A DNA stretch of 64,000 nt from an uncultured Bacteroidota bacterium. Lineage in GTDB: Bacteria > Bacteroidota > Ignavibacteria > Ignavibacteriales > Ignavibacteriaceae. Each line of letters begins with the position of its first letter. Position 1 is the first letter of the stretch. The stretch is taken from assembly GCA_963839165.1 (NCBI GenBank), contig CAWIUG010000005.1:43862-107861 (forward strand). Direction: 5' to 3'. The notes under the pieces are model-generated. The model saw only the letters and a program-made list of their open reading frames with translations. It was not told the origin of the DNA and did no database searches. Shown here piece after piece: positions 19,352 to 28,777 of the stretch. The translations under genes and the position numbers were made by a program.

Positions 19352-20503
19352 ATGAGAGAAGTTGCTGTAATTGGTGCTGGAATGACAAAGTTCGGAGAAC
19401 TTTGGGGAAAATCAATAAAAGATATTTTTGTTGAAGCTGCAATAAAGGCTATAGAGGATGCGGGAGTTGATCATATCGATTCTATGTATGTCGGCAGTAT
19501 GTCGAGCGGATTGTTCGTTGGTCAGGAACATCTTGGAGCTGTAATGGCTGATTACCTGGGAGTTACACCCATTCCTTCAACCCGTGTGGAATCTGCCTGT
19601 GCATCCGGAGGTGTTTCATTCAGGCAGGCATACCTTGAGGTTGCCTCGGGACAAAGCGATATAGTACTTGCGGGCGGTGTAGAGAAAATGACCGACGGGG
19701 CTGACGTTACAGACACGCTAGCTACGGCCGCAGATCAGGAGTATGAAGTATACCAGGGCATTACATTCCCCGGACTTTATGCCATGATCGCTAATGCTCA
19801 TATGCACCAGTATAAAACAAAAAGAGAACATCTCGCGGCTGTTGCCGTGAAGAATCATCGGAACGGTGCAAAGAATCCCAATGCCCAGTTCCGTTCAGAA
19901 ATTACTATTGATAAAGTTCTTAACTCAACCCTCGTGGCTGATCCTCTTCGTCTGCTCGACTGTTCGCCTGTGAGTGACGGCGGAGCAGCTGTGATACTAT
20001 GTTCGATGGATATAGCAAAGAAGATTACCAAATACCCTGTAAGAGTTAAAGCGTCGGCTCAGGCGTCAGATACTATAGCTCTTCACAGCCGTGGAAGTCT
20101 TACTTCACTGGCTGCAGTTTCAAGGGCGGCTGAGAAAGCATATAAACTGGCAAACCTTAAACCGGAGAATATTGATTTCGCAGAGGTGCACGACTGCTTC
20201 AGCATAGCCGAAATCGTGGTAACCGAAGATCTCGGGTTCTTTGATAAAGGATGCGGAGGACCTTCTGTTGAAGAAGGACTTACATCACTTGAATCGGGGA
20301 AGATTCCTATTAATACGAGCGGTGGACTCAAATCGAAAGGTCACCCGGTAGGAGCTACCGGAATTGCTCAGATCATAGAACTTTATGAACAGCTTCAGGG
20401 TAAAGCTGGTGCACGCCAGGTAAAGAACGCTCACATCGGTATGGCTCAGAATATGGGCGGATCGGGTGCAAGTTGTGTAATTCATATATTGGAGGCAATA
20501 TGA
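19352..20503 (+). CDS. Thiolase (acetyl-CoA C-acetyltransferase), archaeal/SCP-x-like type
   Basis: VESACASGG (nucleophilic Cys), GHPVGATG, and the C-terminal GGSGASC motif. The ATGA overlap couples it to the next gene. Confidence 0.85.
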   Translation: MREVAVIGAGMTKFGELWGKSIKDIFVEAAIKAIEDAGVDHIDSMYVGSMSSGLFVGQEHLGAVMADYLGVTPIPSTRVESACASGGVSFRQAYLEVASGQSDIVLAGGVEKMTDGADVTDTLATAADQEYEVYQGITFPGLYAMIANAHMHQYKTKREHLAAVAVKNHRNGAKNPNAQFRSEITIDKVLNSTLVADPLRLLDCSPVSDGGAAVILCSMDIAKKITKYPVRVKASAQASDTIALHSRGSLTSLAAVSRAAEKAYKLANLKPENIDFAEVHDCFSIAEIVVTEDLGFFDKGCGGPSVEEGLTSLESGKIPINTSGGLKSKGHPVGATGIAQIIELYEQLQGKAGARQVKNAHIGMAQNMGGSGASCVIHILEAI

Positions 20504-20889
20504 TTAGTCCAAGATATTTCCGCGAAATACCTCAGCGTTACAGACTTGAAGCTGGTCGCTGCAAGAAATGCGGTAAGATTTATTTTCCTCCGCGCGGTTA
20601 TTGCGGCGAGTGTAAATCGAAAGAATTTGAAACCATAAAACTTTCAGAGACAGGGAAAATTCTAACGTATACAATCATCAGGGTAGGACCCTCAAACTTC
20701 TCGCAGGAAACACCTTATGCGGTTGCAATTGTAGAAGTTAACGACGGCGTCAGGTTAACGATGCAGGTCGCTGATATCGATGTTAATAAGGTTGAGATCG
20801 GCCAGAAAGTAAAAATCATCTTCAGGCGGATACAGGATGAAGGTAAATCCGGACTCCATTGCTACGGCTATAAGGCGGTTGTAATTTAA
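20500..20889 (+). CDS. DUF35 Zn-ribbon/OB-fold protein (scaffold subunit of thiolase-HMGCS complexes)
   Basis: 129 aa from the ATG at 20500 (GGAGG 5 nt upstream). Four-Cys ribbon [18 protein letters not shown] followed by an OB-fold-like segment. Confidence 0.8.
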   Translation: MISPRYFREIPQRYRLEAGRCKKCGKIYFPPRGYCGECKSKEFETIKLSETGKILTYTIIRVGPSNFSQETPYAVAIVEVNDGVRLTMQVADIDVNKVEIGQKVKIIFRRIQDEGKSGLHCYGYKAVVI

Positions 20890-20906
20890 ATCTGCGTGAT
20901 CTATAT

Positions 20907-20950
20907 TTCTGAATCATATGAAGGTTTTTTATCATTTGATTCAGAATTTT
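20907..20950 (+). terminator. Long hairpin plus T-run after the HMGCS operon
   Basis: TTCTGAATCA / TGATTCAGAA 10-bp stem with a ~20-nt loop, followed by TTTT. Confidence 0.5.
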
Positions 20951-21110
20951 GAAGAGGCAAAGTTTTAAGTCTTATCATTGCTCAAAATTTTGTCTCTTTC
21001 TTTTTTAAAGAATCGATCCTTCCTGGTTGCCCCTGATAAATTGGTTAATCATAAAGGAATTCAAAAAATTACATTATATTATGTCATAATAATTATCGGA
21101 GTGATATTAG

Positions 21111-22481
21111 TTGAAAGATAAAATAAGAATAGCCTCCGGCCAGGGTTTTTGGGGAGACCTCATTGATGCTCCCTATAACCAGGTCACTAAAGGTGAGGTG
21201 GACTACCTGGTGATGGACTACCTGGCAGAGGTAACGATGTCCATTCTTCAGAAACAAAAGATGAGAAATCCTAATCTTGGGTATGCCAGGGATCTCCCTG
21301 ACCTTATGAAAAGAATTCTGCCCGTTTGTGTGGAAAAGGGAATTAAGGTCATAACGAATGGAGGAGGAGTTAATCCTATAGCTTGTGCGGATTCAATCCT
21401 TGAGATTGCTATGGGTCTCAATATTAAAAAGCTTGATATCGCAGTAGTGATAGGGGATGATATACGTAATAATATTGATGAGATTATCGCTGCAGGTTGT
21501 GAGCTTAATAATATGGATACGGGTGATTCTATTATTCCTTATAAGGATAAGCTTGTGAGTGCAAATGTGTACTTCGGCGCTATGCCTATTGTTGAGGCCC
21601 TTAAGCGCGGAGCAGATATTGTAATTACAGGAAGAACTACAGATACAGGGTTAACACTGGCTCCGATGATTTATGAGTTTGGATGGGACAGTAATAATTA
21701 TGATCTGATGTCAGCCGGAACGGTTGCGGGCCATATACTCGAATGCGGCGCTCAGTCTTCAGGAGGAAATTTCCTGGGTGACTGGAAATCGATTGAGAAT
21801 ATGGCTGAAATAGGTTTCCCGATCGCTGAGGCACACCCTAACGGCGATGTTATCATTACCAAACATTCCGGCACTGGCGGCAGAGTCTCTTTTGAAACAG
21901 TCGCTGAACAGCTGGTTTATGAAATTGGTGATCCGAAATCATATATAACTCCTGATTGTGTAGCTGACTTTTCTTCGATAAAACTTGAGGATCTTGGCAA
22001 TGACAGGGTCCGTGTATTTGGTGTAAAAGGGAAAGAGGCTACTGATTCATATAAAGTATCCTGTTCTTATGCAGACGGATTTGCTTCAGCTGCAAACCTT
22101 ACTTATTCCTGGCCTGAGGCATTAACTAAGGCAAAAGCTGCTGATAAAATATTAAGAAAACGTCTTGAGAATCTCGGACTTAAATTTGATGAGATCAGAA
22201 CTGAATATGTGGGCTATAATTCAACTCACGGCCCTCTGGTTCCTGACATTGACGAGGATAAAATTAACGAGGTAATGCTCAGGGTTGCTGTTCGTTCAAA
22301 AGATTATGAGTCACTAAAAAGGTTCGGGATGGAAATTGCACCGCTTATTCTTACCGGTCCCCCCAGTGTTACAGGTTTTGCGGGAGGAAGACCTAGACCG
22401 AGTGAGGTAATAGCTTACTGGCCAGCATTGATCCCAAAGAAACTAGTGGAACCTAAGGTTAAAATACTGGAGCTGAAATGA
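21111..22481 (+). CDS. AtuA-like protein (DUF1446), large subunit/domain
   Basis: 456 aa. The N-terminus IRIASGQGFWGD..D.P...V..GEVDYLVMDYLAEVTMSIL and TGRTTDT are characteristic of the acyclic-terpene-utilisation AtuA family as I recall it. TTG start with GGAG upstream. Confidence 0.7.
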   Translation: MKDKIRIASGQGFWGDLIDAPYNQVTKGEVDYLVMDYLAEVTMSILQKQKMRNPNLGYARDLPDLMKRILPVCVEKGIKVITNGGGVNPIACADSILEIAMGLNIKKLDIAVVIGDDIRNNIDEIIAAGCELNNMDTGDSIIPYKDKLVSANVYFGAMPIVEALKRGADIVITGRTTDTGLTLAPMIYEFGWDSNNYDLMSAGTVAGHILECGAQSSGGNFLGDWKSIENMAEIGFPIAEAHPNGDVIITKHSGTGGRVSFETVAEQLVYEIGDPKSYITPDCVADFSSIKLEDLGNDRVRVFGVKGKEATDSYKVSCSYADGFASAANLTYSWPEALTKAKAADKILRKRLENLGLKFDEIRTEYVGYNSTHGPLVPDIDEDKINEVMLRVAVRSKDYESLKRFGMEIAPLILTGPPSVTGFAGGRPRPSEVIAYWPALIPKKLVEPKVKILELK

Positions 22482-22795
22482 AAAAACGATTATTGGATAT
22501 TGCTCACGGCAGGAGCGGAGATAAAGGAGATGCCGCAAACGTTGGAATTATTGCCTATAATGATAAAGGCTATGAAATAATTAAGAAGCAGCTGACCCGG
22601 GAAAGAGTTAAGGAGCATTTTAAAGGGATATGTTTTGGGGATGTTGAACGGTATGAACTTCCTAATATAAGAGCACTTAACTTTATCCTTAATAAGACTT
22701 TAGGCGGCGGAGGCACAGTTTCTCTGAAGCACGATGCTCAGGGAAAAACTCTTGCGGCAGCCCTTCTTCGTATGGAGCTTGAGGTTGAGGATTGA
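22478..22795 (+). CDS. Small AtuA C-terminal-domain-like protein (DUF4387-like)
   Basis: 105 aa, 4-nt overlap with the DUF1446 gene. AHGRSGDKGD..N.G resembles the C-terminal domain that is fused in long AtuA proteins. Confidence 0.55.
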   Translation: MKKRLLDIAHGRSGDKGDAANVGIIAYNDKGYEIIKKQLTRERVKEHFKGICFGDVERYELPNIRALNFILNKTLGGGGTVSLKHDAQGKTLAAALLRMELEVED

Positions 22796-22961
22796 CCGCA
22801 ATCTGTGGATGTGTGCTCCCGAATTCGTTTAGGGATCTGACCGCGAGTCATTTTGATCCCGAATAATATTGGCCGGGTAATCTTAAGATTTCCTGGTCGG
22901 GAACACACTGGAAATGACATAAGTAAAAAATTCTAAAATGTAAAAAGTGCAGGAGATGTAA

Positions 22962-24063
22962 ATGTACGTAGATGAATTAAAACAGCTTGAAGAATATATG
23001 GAAAGAATAGGGACATTAAGAGGTTATCTTTGACGTCGATACAAAAGATTCAAAAATAAAAGAACTCCAGAACCAGACTTCACAGCCGGATTTCTGGAAT
23101 GATCAGATGGGTGCACAGAAGATCCTCCAGGAAATTAAATCATTGGAGAACTGGGTGAACCTTTGGAAAGAGATTGATAAAAAAGCTTCGGCGTTGAAGG
23201 AATTTATCCAGCTTGCTGAATTGGAGGAAGATGAATCCTTTCGGAACGATATTGAAAGTGAGCTAAGATCTGTGCAGCTGGCTGTTGAGGAAGCTGAGTT
23301 CAAAAATATGCTCAGTGGACGTGATGACGATAAGAATTGTATCCTTTCTATTCATTCCGGAGCAGGCGGTACAGAGGCACAGGACTGGGCGGAAATGCTC
23401 ATGCGTATGTACCTCCGCTGGGGAGAACAAAACAATTTCAAAATGACCATTCTTGATATACTCGATGGAGATGGCGCCGGAATTAAGAGCGCCTCTATTG
23501 AAGTACAGGGGGAATTTGCTTACGGCTACCTTAAAGCTGAGAATGGTGTCCACCGTCTTGTAAGGATTTCTCCTTTCGATGCTAACAAAAGACGCCATAC
23601 TTCATTTGCATCAGTTTTTGTAATTCCTGAAGTTGACGACACAATTGAGATAGAAATAAATCCTGCCGATCTGAGGGTAGATACATATAGGTCGGGCGGT
23701 AAGGGGGGGCAGAACGTGAACAAAGTTGAAACGGCAGTACGTATAACTCACATACCTACCGGTACTGTTGCGGCCTGCCAAAGTGAAAGATCTCAGCTTC
23801 AGAACCGGACGAATGCAATGAAGCTGCTGAAATCAAAACTCTACCAGATAGAAAAGGAAAAACAGGAAGCAGAACTTGATGAGGTTGAAAAGAGTAAAAT
23901 GAAGATTGAATGGGGAAGTCAGATCCGTTCATATGTTTTTCATCCTTATAATATGGTGAAAGACCACCGGACAGATGAGGAAACCTCCGATGTTCAGTCG
24001 GTAATGAACGGTGACATCAACAGGTTTATAAAAGCTTTTTTAATGAAGTTCAGCCAGAATTAG
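22962..24063 (+). CDS. prfB: Peptide chain release factor 2, requires programmed +1 frameshift at 23028-23034
   Basis: ORF0 ([23 protein letters not shown]) ends at the in-frame TGA 23031. The +1 frame continues [13 protein letters not shown]... through the SPF and GGQ motifs to 24063. Confidence 0.95.
23018..23034 (+). promoter_or_regulatory. RF2 autoregulatory +1 frameshift cassette
   Basis: AAGAGG T TAT CTT TGA C: an internal SD-like element 3 nt before the slippery CTT, then TGA followed by C, as in the E. coli prfB site (AGGGGG TAT CTT TGA C). Confidence 0.9.
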
Positions 24064-24168
24064 TCTGATTTTCTTTCCAAAAAAGTTAGAGTATCTTGAA
24101 ATAGAATTATTTATTACCCAAATTCCATTATTAATTTCCAGAAAGATTCTATCAGTAATAAAGAGGAA

Positions 24169-25185
24169 GTGGTGTTCAAGGCGATATTAAGACTCATTCC
24201 GGTAATTCTCCTGGTATTTGAGATGAGCTCTTCCTTTGCACAAAGTTCATCAGATCTTAATAGTAGTTTCAAAAAATCATTATTCCTTACAGATCCGGAA
24301 TCTAAGGGTGTATACCAGCTTGAAAGCAGGTTGAATCGTCCCGTTTCGCTGGATTCAATTAAATCATTCGACGATACCTTTGATCGCGGAAATAAAATCA
24401 AGTATTATCGATTGGGAATTGTCGGTGGTTCCTCCCTGGCCTTTTTAGGTGGATTTTATTTACGAATGAAAACAGCATGGTGGTATGATGATTCAAGGAA
24501 ATTTCATTTTTCTTACGATGATAAGTATGTCAAGAATATCGATAAAGTTGGTCATCTTTATGGTGCTGTTTTGTTTACTGAAGGATTTGGTATGGGGTTA
24601 AAATGGTCAGGATTAGATGAAGAATCATCATTATTATATGGGGGAATTTTAAGTACGATCGTATATACTGGTATTGAAATTAAGGATGGATTTGCACCTT
24701 ATTGGGGATTTGACCCGGGAGATATGGCTGCCGATCTGGTTGGTGCATTTTATCCTTATTTACAATCTAAGGTTTCCTTTCTTAAGGACTTTAATTTTAA
24801 GTGGAGCTATTGGCCGTCCCGAAGTCCTTATTTTAGTAAAATAGACGGTGTTAATCAAAACGATCAGTTCTTCACTGATGATTATGAAGGGCAAACATTC
24901 TGGCTGAGTATGAACGTCAGCAATTATTTTCCTAAGAACTTTAAATCTTTTTGGCCTGATTTCCTGAATATTGCAATAGGACTGTCGGTAAAAGGACTTG
25001 ATGGTCACGGAGGCGGAAATTATATAACCATCATTTCTCCTGATATAAATTTGCAGAAATTATTTAATTCCGACAATGAATTTTTAAGTTCACTTTTTGG
25101 TTATCTCGATTACCTGCACTTTCCTTTACCTGCGATCCAGATCTCACCGAGATTCATGGGATATGGAATATACCTTAATCCATAA
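24169..25185 (+). CDS. Secreted/outer-membrane hypothetical protein (possibly DUF2279-like)
   Basis: 338 aa with a signal peptide (LIPVILLVFEMSSSFAQS), aromatic-rich, containing a DKVGH motif. The family call is uncertain. Confidence 0.65.
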   Translation: MVFKAILRLIPVILLVFEMSSSFAQSSSDLNSSFKKSLFLTDPESKGVYQLESRLNRPVSLDSIKSFDDTFDRGNKIKYYRLGIVGGSSLAFLGGFYLRMKTAWWYDDSRKFHFSYDDKYVKNIDKVGHLYGAVLFTEGFGMGLKWSGLDEESSLLYGGILSTIVYTGIEIKDGFAPYWGFDPGDMAADLVGAFYPYLQSKVSFLKDFNFKWSYWPSRSPYFSKIDGVNQNDQFFTDDYEGQTFWLSMNVSNYFPKNFKSFWPDFLNIAIGLSVKGLDGHGGGNYITIISPDINLQKLFNSDNEFLSSLFGYLDYLHFPLPAIQISPRFMGYGIYLNP

Positions 25186-25227
25186 ATATCCGGTTCACCG
25201 CCTCCAAAACCTTCGGTGTACGAAGTA

Positions 25228-25365
25228 TTAATCTGAATTATTTTTCTTCTTTTTAACTTTTTGAACAAGTGTGGTTAGTAATATTCCCACTGTGGCAAAA
25301 GTCGAAGTATAACCAGCAATCTTTTTTATCTTCGATAATTTCTTTTTCGTCTTCCTTGCACGCAT
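25228..25365 (-). CDS. Possible 45-aa small membrane protein
   Basis: MRARKTKKKLSKIKKIAGYTSTFATVGILLTTLVQKVKKKKNNSD. It has an AAGGA SD 5 nt upstream and one hydrophobic helix flanked by Lys-rich tails. Below the ORF-track cutoff and unsupported by homology. Confidence 0.25.
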   Translation of the reverse strand: MRARKTKKKLSKIKKIAGYTSTFATVGILLTTLVQKVKKKKNNSD

Positions 25366-25759
25366 AATATCCTTCTTTTTTTCTCAAGATAATTATTTCT
25401 GGTCCATTGCGCTGTTAACACTATTCCTATAAAACTTACTGATGATAATCGACACAATACCTGCATTTTTATGTGATTTTTCTTATCTTTGTATATCAAA
25501 TTTTATTAAAAAAAACTTTCGTTGTGCCTATTCTTAGTCTGTTTAAAGCAGATACCAGAATTTACCAGCAGAGATTACCAGATCTTAATCCTCATAGGAA
25601 AACCAGGTCTGCCGGAGAAATAAATTTAACCCCGGCGAGGTATTCCTTCCTTAAACTATTCGTTTCATTCAGACATAACTAATACTCGTTGAATATTATT
25701 CTCTGTTCTGTATTCCGGAATGGGCAGAACTGCTATTAATCATTAATCCAGGAGAAAAA

Positions 25760-26209
25760 ATGTTGAGATTTAAAGAAATAAGAAAAGAGAAGGAATTTGA
25801 TGAAGAACTTTCAAGAGAAAAATTTGTTGACTTCCTTTTTCACCATCTCGATAAATTCGGGGATTCAAAAGAGGCAATCGGAAAGTCGATTGATTACGCT
25901 TTCTCCGAAGAAAAAGGATGCGGAGGGTTCCTGCTTGCCGCATATAATAATGAGGGGCTCATAGGTGCTCTGGTCATGAACAATACAGGGATGTCAGGTT
26001 ATATCCCGGAAAATGTACTTGTATATGTTGCAGTCGACTCAAAGTTCAGAGGAAAAGGCTACGGCAGGGAAATAGTTGATAAAGCGATTTCCATGGCCGA
26101 CGGTAATATAAAGCTGCACGTTGAATATGAGAACCCTGCCAAACGGCTTTATGAGCGTATGGGCTTTACAACCAAATACGCTGAAATGAGATACATTAAA
26201 GAGAATTAA
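25760..26209 (+). CDS. GNAT-family N-acetyltransferase
   Basis: Acetyl-CoA pocket motif VAVDSKFRGKGYGREIV and the C-terminal NPAKRLYERMGF. Confidence 0.85.
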   Translation: MLRFKEIRKEKEFDEELSREKFVDFLFHHLDKFGDSKEAIGKSIDYAFSEEKGCGGFLLAAYNNEGLIGALVMNNTGMSGYIPENVLVYVAVDSKFRGKGYGREIVDKAISMADGNIKLHVEYENPAKRLYERMGFTTKYAEMRYIKEN

Positions 26210-26210
26210 T

Positions 26211-27305
26211 ATGGCAACTTTAATTGTAAACACGAACCGCATACGCGAAAATATTACTAAGCTGAGTTCATTTCTTGCGGAGAAAAATATCGACTGGTCA
26301 TTGGTGGTAAAGATCCTGGGAGGAAACAGACCCGTACTTGAGAAAATCATCTGTGACGATTCAATAAAAAAAGTTCATTCGGTCGGTGACTCAAGGATCT
26401 CCAACCTTAAAACTATCAAGGAAATAAAGCCGGATATAGTTACAATGTATATTAAGCCTCCCGCACCTGTTCTTGCGAAGAAGATTGTGCAATACGCTGA
26501 TATTTCACTAAATACATCTTATACTACAATTGAAGCACTGAACAGGGAGGCTGAAAGACTCGGCAAAACTCATCGCGTTATTATAATGATAGAACTTGGT
26601 GAACTAAGGGAGGGTATACTCCGCGATAATGTCCTATCCTTTTATGAGAGATTGTTCGGACTTAAGAATATTAAAATAGAAGGACTTGGAACTAACCTGG
26701 GATGTATGTATGGGGTAGAGCCTACATATGATAAAATGGTTCAGCTTAGTCTGTACAAAATGCTGGTAGAGGAAAAGTTTGATAAGAAACTCAACCTAGT
26801 TTCTGCCGGAAGTTCAATTACCCTTCCCCTGGTAATGCGCAACAGGCTTCCTGATGGAATTAACCATTTTAGGATTGGTGAAACTGCATTCCTTGGCGTA
26901 TCAATAATTGACGGGAAAAGGTTTAAGAATCTTTCAACTAATGCTTTCGATTTTTCGGCAGAAATTCTTGAACTGGAAGAGAAGGAAATGGTGCCGGATG
27001 GCAACCTTACTGATGCGGGAATAGGAATTACTGCGCATAATTTCCAGGGTGAAGTTGATATGGATATAAATAAGAAGTCGTATAGGGCTATTGTCGACTT
27101 CGGTGAGATAGATGTGGATCCTTCTCATATTACTTCAAAGGATGAGAACATTCAGTTTATCGGTACTACTTCTGATATGACTGTATATGATACAGGCGAG
27201 AAGAATGGGAAGTTCTCAGTAGGAAAACAACTTCATTTTAAGCCCAATTACATGGCTGTTGCACGTCTTATGAATACAAAATATGTAACAAAGGAGATTC
27301 TGTAA
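26211..27305 (+). CDS. Fold-type-III PLP enzyme, ornithine/lysine-racemase-like (COG3457-type predicted amino-acid racemase)
   Basis: Alanine-racemase N-terminal barrel pattern with the PLP lysine in LVVKILGGN. MIELGELREG, LGTNLGC and a C-terminal beta domain are present. Substrate unknown. Confidence 0.7.
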   Translation: MATLIVNTNRIRENITKLSSFLAEKNIDWSLVVKILGGNRPVLEKIICDDSIKKVHSVGDSRISNLKTIKEIKPDIVTMYIKPPAPVLAKKIVQYADISLNTSYTTIEALNREAERLGKTHRVIIMIELGELREGILRDNVLSFYERLFGLKNIKIEGLGTNLGCMYGVEPTYDKMVQLSLYKMLVEEKFDKKLNLVSAGSSITLPLVMRNRLPDGINHFRIGETAFLGVSIIDGKRFKNLSTNAFDFSAEILELEEKEMVPDGNLTDAGIGITAHNFQGEVDMDINKKSYRAIVDFGEIDVDPSHITSKDENIQFIGTTSDMTVYDTGEKNGKFSVGKQLHFKPNYMAVARLMNTKYVTKEIL

Positions 27306-27307
27306 AT

Positions 27308-28777
27308 ATGCACTGGATAGACATCAGTATTTTCTCTGTCTATATGATATCAATGCTTGGAATAGGATTTTTTTTCCTGCGGAAAAATAAGGATGCTGAA
27401 GATTATTACGTCGGTGGCAGGAGTATGGGAAGTATCCACGTTGGACTCTCAGTAGTAGCGACTGATGTTGGAGGTGGATTCTCAATAGGACTGGGAGGTC
27501 TTGGTTTTGTAATGGGTATATCCGGCTCATGGATGCTCTTTACGGGCCTGATCGGTGCATGGCTTAGCGCTGTTCTGCTTATTCCAAAAGTCAATAAGAT
27601 GAAGAACTTTAAGGAGCTCTACACATTTCCCCAGATCTTTGAAAGCTTTTATAACAGGAAAGTAGCAATAATTGCGGGATTCATTTCCGCAATCGGTTAT
27701 ATAGGGTTCACTAGCTCTCAGATACTCGCCGGCGCAAAGCTGGCAGCAGCTTCGTTTATTTCTCTTAATATGGAAACGGCGCTTTTAATAATGGGTGCTA
27801 TCGTAGTTGTTTATACATTTCTCGGCGGAATAAAAGCAGTTATATACACAGATACCGTCCAATGGATTATACTGATGGTGGGATTAATATTTATAGGTAT
27901 ACCCGTTGCTTATTTCGCGGTGGGGGGGTATTCAGAGATTACTAAAGCTGTTCCGCCTGAGTTTTTCTCGCTAAGCAACCTGAGCTGGCAGACACTGGTT
28001 AACTGGTTTGTTACTATTGTTCCTATCTGGTTTGTTGGAATGACCCTCTATCAGAGAATTTATGCGTGCAGAAGTGAGAGGGAGGCAAAAAAGGCCTGGT
28101 TTATTGCAGGACTGTTTGAATGGCCGGCGATGGCATTCATGGGTGTACTGCTGGGTCTCTTCGCCCGCGTGGCAGCAAATGATGGAATGTTTGGATACCT
28201 TGGTTATGCTTCTATTGGAAGTATGGACTCAGAGATGGGATTGCCTATGCTTCTTCGTTCAATACTTCCTGTCGGTTTAATGGGCCTGATGATGTCTGCC
28301 TATTTCTCCGCCATAATGTCCACAGCCGACAGCTGCCTCATGGCTGCTTCGGGAAACGTTATGACGGATATACTCGACAGATTTTTCAACTTAAGTTCCG
28401 ATCAGAAAAAGTTCCTTCGTTATTCACAGTTGATAACTCTTCTTATCGGGGCGCTTGCACTCTTCCTTGCTTCTTATATGCAGAATGTACTGCAGCTGAT
28501 GCTCTATTCTTATGCGTTTATGGTGTCGGGGTTGTTCATCCCAGTGATAGGAGCTTTTTTCTGGAAACGCAGCAATTCAACTGCTGCTGTCTGGTCAATG
28601 CTCCTCGGCGGCGGAACAACAATAGCACTGATTGCATCGGGGGCTAGTCTGCCTCTGGGACTGGATGCAAATATTTATGGAATTTCTATCTCCGCTATTA
28701 CTTTTGTGGTAATAAGTTTCTTAACTTCACCGCAGGAAACTGCTGCAAAAATTGAATTGAGTGAGGAACCTGATTGA
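27308..28777 (+). CDS. Sodium:solute symporter family transporter
   Basis: 489 aa, ~13 TM helices, with the SSF N-terminal motif DYYVGGRSMG and GGIKAVIYTDTVQ. Confidence 0.9.
   Translation: MHWIDISIFSVYMISMLGIGFFFLRKNKDAEDYYVGGRSMGSIHVGLSVVATDVGGGFSIGLGGLGFVMGISGSWMLFTGLIGAWLSAVLLIPKVNKMKNFKELYTFPQIFESFYNRKVAIIAGFISAIGYIGFTSSQILAGAKLAAASFISLNMETALLIMGAIVVVYTFLGGIKAVIYTDTVQWIILMVGLIFIGIPVAYFAVGGYSEITKAVPPEFFSLSNLSWQTLVNWFVTIVPIWFVGMTLYQRIYACRSEREAKKAWFIAGLFEWPAMAFMGVLLGLFARVAANDGMFGYLGYASIGSMDSEMGLPMLLRSILPVGLMGLMMSAYFSAIMSTADSCLMAASGNVMTDILDRFFNLSSDQKKFLRYSQLITLLIGALALFLASYMQNVLQLMLYSYAFMVSGLFIPVIGAFFWKRSNSTAAVWSMLLGGGTTIALIASGASLPLGLDANIYGISISAITFVVISFLTSPQETAAKIELSEEPD

Noticed and set aside
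22738-22920. 60-aa minus-strand ORF between the AtuA small subunit gene and prfB.
   Set aside because: It overlaps the 3' end of the + strand gene and the inverted-repeat element. It is Arg/Ser-rich with no start context, so it is likely spurious.
25473-25682. 69-aa ORF upstream of the GNAT operon. Similar short intergenic ORFs occur at 50037-50243 and 17952-18143.
   Set aside because: No SD, atypical composition, no recognisable family, and each overlaps likely promoter or terminator DNA.
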